Shown here in pieces: positions 58,692 to 64,000 of a DNA stretch of 64,000 bases (positions are counted from its first letter, which is position 1; every line of letters begins with the position of its first letter). The stretch comes from an uncultured Bacteroides sp. Its GTDB lineage: Bacteria > Bacteroidota > Bacteroidia > Bacteroidales > Bacteroidaceae. Both the position numbers and the translations under genes were made by a program. The stretch spans positions 2,045 through 66,044 of the forward strand of contig CAYPUJ010000002.1 in the NCBI GenBank assembly GCA_964413805.1. Reading direction: 5' to 3'. The notes under the pieces are model-generated. The model saw only the letters and a program-made list of their open reading frames with translations. It made no database searches and was not told where the DNA came from.

Positions 58692-58852
58692 ATATTCATG
58701 CGCTTTTAAGAGAAACACTGCAAAGTTAGGACATTCTCCGTAAGATACCGAATATCACGGCAAAAAAGACAGGAAAAAGTACGATATTACATGCTTTGTA
58801 TAGCAATATCAGGATTGATGTCCTTCCCCTCAATGCCGGTGCAGGCTTTGAT

Positions 58853-59479
58853 TTATATCCTGTTCCCGACATCAAAAAGCAGTTCCCGTTCCCAATTCAC
58901 CGCCTGCTGCTCCAGGGCATCGGCCTCGGCTTTCAGCGGAGCGGTGAAAGCCTCGTCGTCCTTCAGCGAAGCGAGGTTGATGCGCACATTCAGCAGGGCG
59001 GCCAGCACGGCGTTGCGGGCGGACATCATGGCCACGCAGGCATCGGTCACGGCGTTGCGGTTGCCCTTCTGCGCCACTTCGGCAATGAGGGGCATGAGGG
59101 CGCAGGCGCGGCGTGCCACCTCCATCGGCACGAGGGCGGCGTGCTTCGTGGCCTCCCGGATGGCGGCAAGGCGTGCGGCCTTCTCCTCATCGGTGTCTTT
59201 GGGCAGGCGGAAGCAGGCAAAGACACGGTCGTAGGCTTCGCTGTCGCGGTCTACGTCGGTTGTAAACTCTGCCATCAGCCCCTCGGCTTCGCGGGCGATG
59301 GACTGCATGAGGTCGTGTACCTCTTCGTACTTTTTCTTGCCAACGGTCAGGTTGGCTACCATGGCGGCCAAGGCCGCAGCCAAGGCACCGTTGAGGGCGG
59401 CAACGCTCCCCCCGCCGGGGACGGGATCGCTGCCTGCCAGTTTGCTCAGGAAATCGTTTACTGTCTGATTGGTCAACAT
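58853..59479 (-). CDS. Formiminotetrahydrofolate cyclodeaminase / cyclohydrolase family
   Basis: PVPGGGSVAA, MVANLTVGKKKY, GNRNAVTD, NVRINL; hut operon context. Confidence 0.92.
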   Translation of the reverse strand: MLTNQTVNDFLSKLAGSDPVPGGGSVAALNGALAAALAAMVANLTVGKKKYEEVHDLMQSIAREAEGLMAEFTTDVDRDSEAYDRVFACFRLPKDTDEEKAARLAAIREATKHAALVPMEVARRACALMPLIAEVAQKGNRNAVTDACVAMMSARNAVLAALLNVRINLASLKDDEAFTAPLKAEADALEQQAVNWERELLFDVGNRI

Positions 59480-59494
59480 ACAAATAAGTTTTTT

Positions 59495-59650
59495 AATGAA
59501 GAATGAAGAATGGCCGCTGCGCGGCGAATGAAGAATACGCTTAAATTGAGAATTGAAAATTGAGAATGAATGAAGAATGCGTTTTCATTTTTCAATTCTC
59601 AATTCTCAATTCTCAATTCTCAATTCTCAATTCTCAATTCTCAATTTAAG
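59495..59650. repeat. Heptamer repeat element: AATGAAG units, (AATTCTC)x7 and a 28-bp inverted repeat
   Basis: AATTCTC x7 at 59594-59642; IR 59540-59567 / 59623-59650 with one mismatch. Confidence 0.9.
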
Positions 59651-60893
59651 TGTGTATCACCCCGCCCTTAATCGTGGCATACACGCAGTTCATGCCGATG
59701 TAGTAGGAAAGGAAATGATAGTCGTCCGTGTCCAGCACCACCATGTCGCCCTGCTTGCCCACCTCGATGCTGCCGATGCGGTCGGCACGTCCCAAGGCAG
59801 CGGCACCGTTGAGGGTGAGGGCGGTGATGGCCTCCTCTATGCTCAGGTGCATGTAGATGCAGGCCAGGGCAAAGGTGAGGGGGATGGAACCGGAGAAGCA
59901 GCTGCCCGGATTGAGGTCGGTGGCAAGGGCCACGGCGCAACCGGCATCTATCATTTCGCGGCCCCGGGCGTAAGGCTCGCGCAGGGCAAAGGCGGTGAGC
60001 GGCAAGAGCGTGGCCACCACGCCCGCATCGGCCATGCGGCGTATGCCTTCGTCGGAAGCGTGCAGCAAGTGGTCGGCAGACACGGCACCCAACTCGGCAG
60101 CCAGTTCGGCACCGCCCAGCGACACGATTTCGTCGGCATGGAGCTTGAGGCGGAAGCCCATGTCGCGGGCGGCGGCGAGCAGGCGGCGTGATTGCGCGAC
60201 GGAGAACACCCCCTCCTCGCAGAACACGTCGCAGAACTCGGCAAGCCCCCGCTCGCGGACGACAGGCATCACTTTGCCGATGAGGTAGTCCACATACTCG
60301 TCCGTGCGGCCCCGGTACTCCGGGGGCACGGCGTGCGCACCGAGGAAGGTGGGCACGATGTCCACCCGCCTGTGTTCGTCGTTGGCGAGGCTGCGCATCA
60401 CACGGAGTTGCAGCAGTTCGGTCGTCTTGTCCAGCCCGTAGCCGCTCTTGGCCTCCACGGTGGTGACCCCCATCTGCGACATGCGCTTCAGCAGGTCTCC
60501 GGCACGGTCGCGCAGGCGGATGTAGGTGCTGCCCCGCGTGGCATTCACCGTGCTGACGATGCCACCGCCCTGCTGCATGATGCTCATGTAGCTCTCGCCC
60601 TGCAATCTCCGGTTGAACTCTCCGGCCCGTTCGCCGTCGAAGACGAGGTGGGTGTGCGAGTCCACGAAGCCGGGCAGCACGCAGCGGCCCCGGGCGTTGT
60701 AGTGCCAGTAGTGCCCGTAGTAGCCGTCGCGGTCCTCGCCACGGCCGGGGCCTGCATAGGTGATGTTTCCGCCGGTCACTTCGATGGTGGCGTTGTCCGT
60801 CACCAGCAGTTCGCCCATCTCCTTGCCCCGCCGGGCCGCGAAGCCCACGGGGGTGACAAGGCGGGCGTTGAAGATAATCAGGTTCTCTGTCAT
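59646..60893 (-). CDS. hutI: Imidazolonepropionase
   Basis: PGFVDSHTH, EAKSGYGL, HADEI, ATDLNPGS. Confidence 0.96.
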   Translation of the reverse strand: MTENLIIFNARLVTPVGFAARRGKEMGELLVTDNATIEVTGGNITYAGPGRGEDRDGYYGHYWHYNARGRCVLPGFVDSHTHLVFDGERAGEFNRRLQGESYMSIMQQGGGIVSTVNATRGSTYIRLRDRAGDLLKRMSQMGVTTVEAKSGYGLDKTTELLQLRVMRSLANDEHRRVDIVPTFLGAHAVPPEYRGRTDEYVDYLIGKVMPVVRERGLAEFCDVFCEEGVFSVAQSRRLLAAARDMGFRLKLHADEIVSLGGAELAAELGAVSADHLLHASDEGIRRMADAGVVATLLPLTAFALREPYARGREMIDAGCAVALATDLNPGSCFSGSIPLTFALACIYMHLSIEEAITALTLNGAAALGRADRIGSIEVGKQGDMVVLDTDDYHFLSYYIGMNCVYATIKGGVIHT

Positions 60894-60908
60894 AGGTTAT
60901 GGGGTTAT

Positions 60909-61436
60909 TGGAACGCAAATTACGCGAATTACACGAATTGGTTTTCGGATTAGGTTTCTATGTAGGTTGAGGTGTTTCTGCCCTTCTTCCGTTCGTTGGA
61001 GTAGATTTTGCGGCTGAATGTGGCGTGCTTTCCGAAGTTAAGTACATAGCCCACTTCTATATCGGTTGCCCGCAGGTAGTTGATGAGCTGGTACTCATGT
61101 TCGGCACGAAGGAAATCCACGGCTTTCAACTCCAGGATGACGGAATTGTTCACTACCATGTCTGCATAGTATTCTCCTACGACTCTTCCTTTGTAATATA
61201 CGTCGATTTTCTTTTGCGCTTCTACAAAGTAACCCCGACGTTTCAGTTCAACATAGAGTGCGTTCTGATAGACCTTCTCCAGGAAGCCATATCCCAACGT
61301 GTTGTACACCTCATAGAATGCCTGCAAAATCCCGTCTATTTCTTTCTGTTCCACCATCCTGCTGTTTGTATAACTGTTTAATCTGCATAATTTATTATTT
61401 GCCCTAATTCGCGTAATCCGCGTAATTTGCGTTCCA
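60909..61436. mobile_element. GxxExxY cassette bracketed by 31-bp inverted repeats
   Basis: IR 60909-60939 / 61406-61436 with 2 mismatches and 9-bp periodicity; AT-richer than the flanking hut genes. Confidence 0.6.
60950..61357 (-). CDS. GxxExxY protein (PD-(D/E)xK-like)
   Basis: LGYGFLEKVYQ, YYADMVV, ILELKAV, QLINYL, LNFG. Confidence 0.92.
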   Translation of the reverse strand: MVEQKEIDGILQAFYEVYNTLGYGFLEKVYQNALYVELKRRGYFVEAQKKIDVYYKGRVVGEYYADMVVNNSVILELKAVDFLRAEHEYQLINYLRATDIEVGYVLNFGKHATFSRKIYSNERKKGRNTSTYIET

Positions 61437-61455
61437 TGACTTATTCCTCCGTCAC

Positions 61456-62355
61456 TTATTCTTCCAGCAGCCTGGCTTCCAGCACCTGCCGCATGGAGAA
61501 GTTTTCCAGTCCCAGGTAGTAGGCGGCGGTGTCCACGAGTGCTTCCATCGGGACAAGGCCGATGATTTCGCTGCCCACGATGCTCACACCGTAGCGGCGT
61601 GCCTCGATGCGCACCAGTTCGAAGGCGCGGTAGAGGGCAGTGCGGGTGTAGTCGGTCATGTTGATGGACACCTGCGTGATGCCCCGCTCCTTCAGTTCCA
61701 CGCCCATCGCCTTGCAGTAGCGCAGGCCGCCGCCGATGAAGCGTATCTTCTTGGCGATGTCGTGGGCAATCTCCAGGCTGGGCGTGGAGAGGTTGATGTT
61801 GTAGGCCACCAGCGGCATACGGGCACCGATGGCCACCGCGCCTGCCGTGGGGTGCCGCTCGGCGGGGCCGAAGTCGGGTTTCCATTCGGGTAGGCGGATT
61901 TTTCCGGCCATGCCCTCAAACTCGCCCTTGCGGACGGCGGCCAGGTTCTCGCGGTGGGGAGCCGTGGCCGACTTCTCGTAGAGGAACACGGGCACGCCGT
62001 AGCGGGCGGCAACGGCCTCGCCCACTTCGCGGGAGAGGGCGATGGCATCGTCCATCGTCACGCCCCGGATGGGGATGAAGGGCACCACGTCAGCGGCTCC
62101 CATGCGCGGGTGCTGCCCTGTGTGGTGGTTGAGGTCTATCAGGTGGACGGCCACGCCGATGGCTTCGAGCACGGCATCGCGCAGGGGGGCGGGTTCGCCC
62201 ACCACGGTGACGACCATCCGGTTGTGGTCCTCGTCGTTGCTGTAGTCCAGGAGTTTCACGCCCGGCTTCGCGCGGAAGGGGGCCACGATCTGGTCTATCT
62301 TCTGCAAGTCGCGTCCCTCGCTGAAATTGGGGACGCATTCCATAATCTGGTTCAT
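61456..62355 (-). CDS. ftcd: Glutamate formimidoyltransferase
   Basis: ECVPNFSEGR, DHNR, HPRMGAADVVPF, QVSINM. Confidence 0.95.
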   Translation of the reverse strand: MNQIMECVPNFSEGRDLQKIDQIVAPFRAKPGVKLLDYSNDEDHNRMVVTVVGEPAPLRDAVLEAIGVAVHLIDLNHHTGQHPRMGAADVVPFIPIRGVTMDDAIALSREVGEAVAARYGVPVFLYEKSATAPHRENLAAVRKGEFEGMAGKIRLPEWKPDFGPAERHPTAGAVAIGARMPLVAYNINLSTPSLEIAHDIAKKIRFIGGGLRYCKAMGVELKERGITQVSINMTDYTRTALYRAFELVRIEARRYGVSIVGSEIIGLVPMEALVDTAAYYLGLENFSMRQVLEARLLEE

Positions 62356-62401
62356 AGCTGATTTGGTATTTATTGTTTACAAGATATTCTTCTTTTCTTC
62401 A

Positions 62402-62503
62402 GGTGGCTGCCGAGGCCGTGCCTCGGTAGCTACCAAGGGAGTGCCTCGGTAGCTACCAAAGGGAGGCCGAGGTAGCTACTAAGGGAAGGCCTCGGTAGCT
62501 ACC
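62402..62503. repeat. Five 23-bp tandem units with a palindromic GGTAGCTACC core
   Basis: Cores at 62402 (GGTGGCTGCC), 62425, 62448, 62471 (GGTAGCTACT) and 62494. Confidence 0.85.
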
Positions 62504-62574
62504 TTTGTAAGGGCTTGGAATACAGCGGGATGGAGAGGCTGCATCCGGTTGCACGGAGGAATGCGGCATGGTAT

Positions 62575-63999
62575 TCATTCTTTACAAGCTCCTTCCCCGA
62601 CGCAGCGGCGTACCAGTGCATCGTCGGCCACGTAGGGCATGGTGATGTGGTAGCCGTCGGCGTGGGTGCGGTTGAACTCGTCTGCCGTCTGCATGGCGTG
62701 GGGGTTGCGTGCCCACGAGCGGCGTGCCACACCGCCCATCACGTCCCACAGCATGGCCGAGCGGAGGATGCGGTCCACCCGTTCCGAGCCGTCGCACACC
62801 ATGCCGAAGCCGCCGTTGACGGCCTTGCCGATGCCCACTCCGCCGCCGTTGTGCAGGGCCACGAGGCTCATGCCACGGGCGCAGTTGCCGGCAAAGCACT
62901 GCACGGCCATGTCGGCCATCACGTTGCTGCCGTCCTTGATGTTGGCCGTCTCGCGGAAGGGGGAGTCCGTGCCGCTCACGTCGTGGTGGTCGCGCCCCAG
63001 CATGATGGGTCCCACCTCGCCGCGCCGCACCATTTCGTTGAACTTCAGCGCGATGCGCAGGCGGCCTTCGGCGTCCTGATAGAGGATGCGTGCCTGGGTG
63101 CCCACCACGAGGTTGTTCTTCTCCGCGTCGCGGATCCAGTTGTAGTTGTCGCGGTCCTGCCCCCGCCGGTCGGGGTCGATGCAGCTCATGGCGGCCCGGT
63201 CGGTCTTCACCAGGTCCTCGTGCCGCCCGCTGAGGCACACCCAGCGGAAGGGTCCGTAGCCGTAGTCGAAGAGTTCGGGACCCATGATGTCCTCCACGTA
63301 GCTGGGGAAGATGAATCCCTGCCGATCGTCGCCGTCGCGCGCAATCTCCGGGTTGCCCGCGTCGTACACCGCCTTCATGAACGAGTTTCCGTAGTCGAAG
63401 AAATACGTGCCCCGCTCCACCAGCGTGCGAACGGCGTGGAAGTGGCGGCGCAGGCTTTCGTCCACCCGTTCACGGAAGCCCTGCGGGTCGGCATGCAGCA
63501 TGGCGGTACGTTGTTCGAAAGAGAGGCCGGCGGGGCAATAGCCGCCGTCGTACACGGCGTGGCAGGAAGTCTGGTCGGAAAGCAGGTCGATGTGCACCCC
63601 CTTGTCCACGGCATACTCCAGCAGGTCCACGATGTTGCCGTGGTAGGCGACAGACATGGCATGGCCTTCCTGCATGGCGCGGTGCGCACGGTCGAAAGCC
63701 TCGCCGATGCTGTCCGTCACGCCGCCCACCCAGCCTTGGGCGAGGCGCGTGCCGATGCGCGAGCTGTCCACTTCGGCAATGATGGCCGCCGCGCCCGCCA
63801 TCTCGGCCGCCTTGGGCTGTGCGCCGCTCATGCCGCCCAGCCCGGAGGACACGAACAGCCGCCCGCCGAGGTTGCCGTCCTGCGGGATGCCCAGTTTCAG
63901 CCGTCCGGCATTGAGCAGGGTGTTGAACGTGCCGTGCACGATGCCTTGCGGGCCGATGTACATCCAGCCTCCGGCGGTCATCTGCCCGTAGTTGGCCAC
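62575..63999 (-). CDS. hutU: Urocanate hydratase (5' part outside the window)
   Basis: YGQMTAGGWMYIGPQGIVHGT, GLGGMSGAQ, SDQTSCH, GRDHHDVSG, HNGGGVG. Confidence 0.96.
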   Translation of the reverse strand: MANYGQMTAGGWMYIGPQGIVHGTFNTLLNAGRLKLGIPQDGNLGGRLFVSSGLGGMSGAQPKAAEMAGAAAIIAEVDSSRIGTRLAQGWVGGVTDSIGEAFDRAHRAMQEGHAMSVAYHGNIVDLLEYAVDKGVHIDLLSDQTSCHAVYDGGYCPAGLSFEQRTAMLHADPQGFRERVDESLRRHFHAVRTLVERGTYFFDYGNSFMKAVYDAGNPEIARDGDDRQGFIFPSYVEDIMGPELFDYGYGPFRWVCLSGRHEDLVKTDRAAMSCIDPDRRGQDRDNYNWIRDAEKNNLVVGTQARILYQDAEGRLRIALKFNEMVRRGEVGPIMLGRDHHDVSGTDSPFRETANIKDGSNVMADMAVQCFAGNCARGMSLVALHNGGGVGIGKAVNGGFGMVCDGSERVDRILRSAMLWDVMGGVARRSWARNPHAMQTADEFNRTHADGYHITMPYVADDALVRRCVGEGACKE

Positions 64000-64000
64000 A

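Noticed and set aside
58700-58853. Absence of hutH after the cyclodeaminase gene
   Set aside because: The operon runs off the window end, so hutH may lie upstream; loss cannot be claimed.
1025-63991. Many long antisense or alternate-frame ORFs (e.g. 47610-49424, 55895-57625, 52249-53835, 60950-61885 upstream extension)
   Set aside because: Shadow ORFs expected from high GC3 codon usage opposite well-identified genes; no recognisable motifs.

Overview
Chromosomal segment of a GC-rich Bacteroidales bacterium, probably origin-proximal (perfect parS site next to mnmG). It is mostly housekeeping genes: nadA, rdgB, leuS, mtaB, korAB, upp, thrC, rlmH, recA, murF, polA, deoC, dtd, uvrC, apt, mnmG, part of a hut operon and tRNA-Arg(CCT). 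An accessory region (~4.9-24.6 kb) holds a frameshifted MBOAT/SGNH O-acetylation pair and a type 1-like BREX locus (brxA-brxB-brxC-pglX-pglZ-brxL). The most unusual feature is that pglX is split into two intact ORFs (905 + 246 aa) by a 1.66-kb cassette carrying DUF3791-DUF3990-DUF3791 (putative ADP-ribosyltransferase toxin-antitoxin module), DUF6078 and a 22-bp array. Matching junction sequences would rejoin the two halves in frame. The locus also has a decayed XRE regulator, a four-helix-bundle gene, an AlbA_2/HATPase/HTH gene, a BrxL ending in an MIT_C/PLD-like domain instead of a Lon domain, and a structured RNA candidate facing brxL. Short-period inverted-repeat brackets recur across the window, either enclosing a gene (GxxExxY, four-helix bundle) or empty, and their mismatches read as G-U pairs on the transcribed strand. 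All family calls come from motif recognition by eye; no database searches were run.
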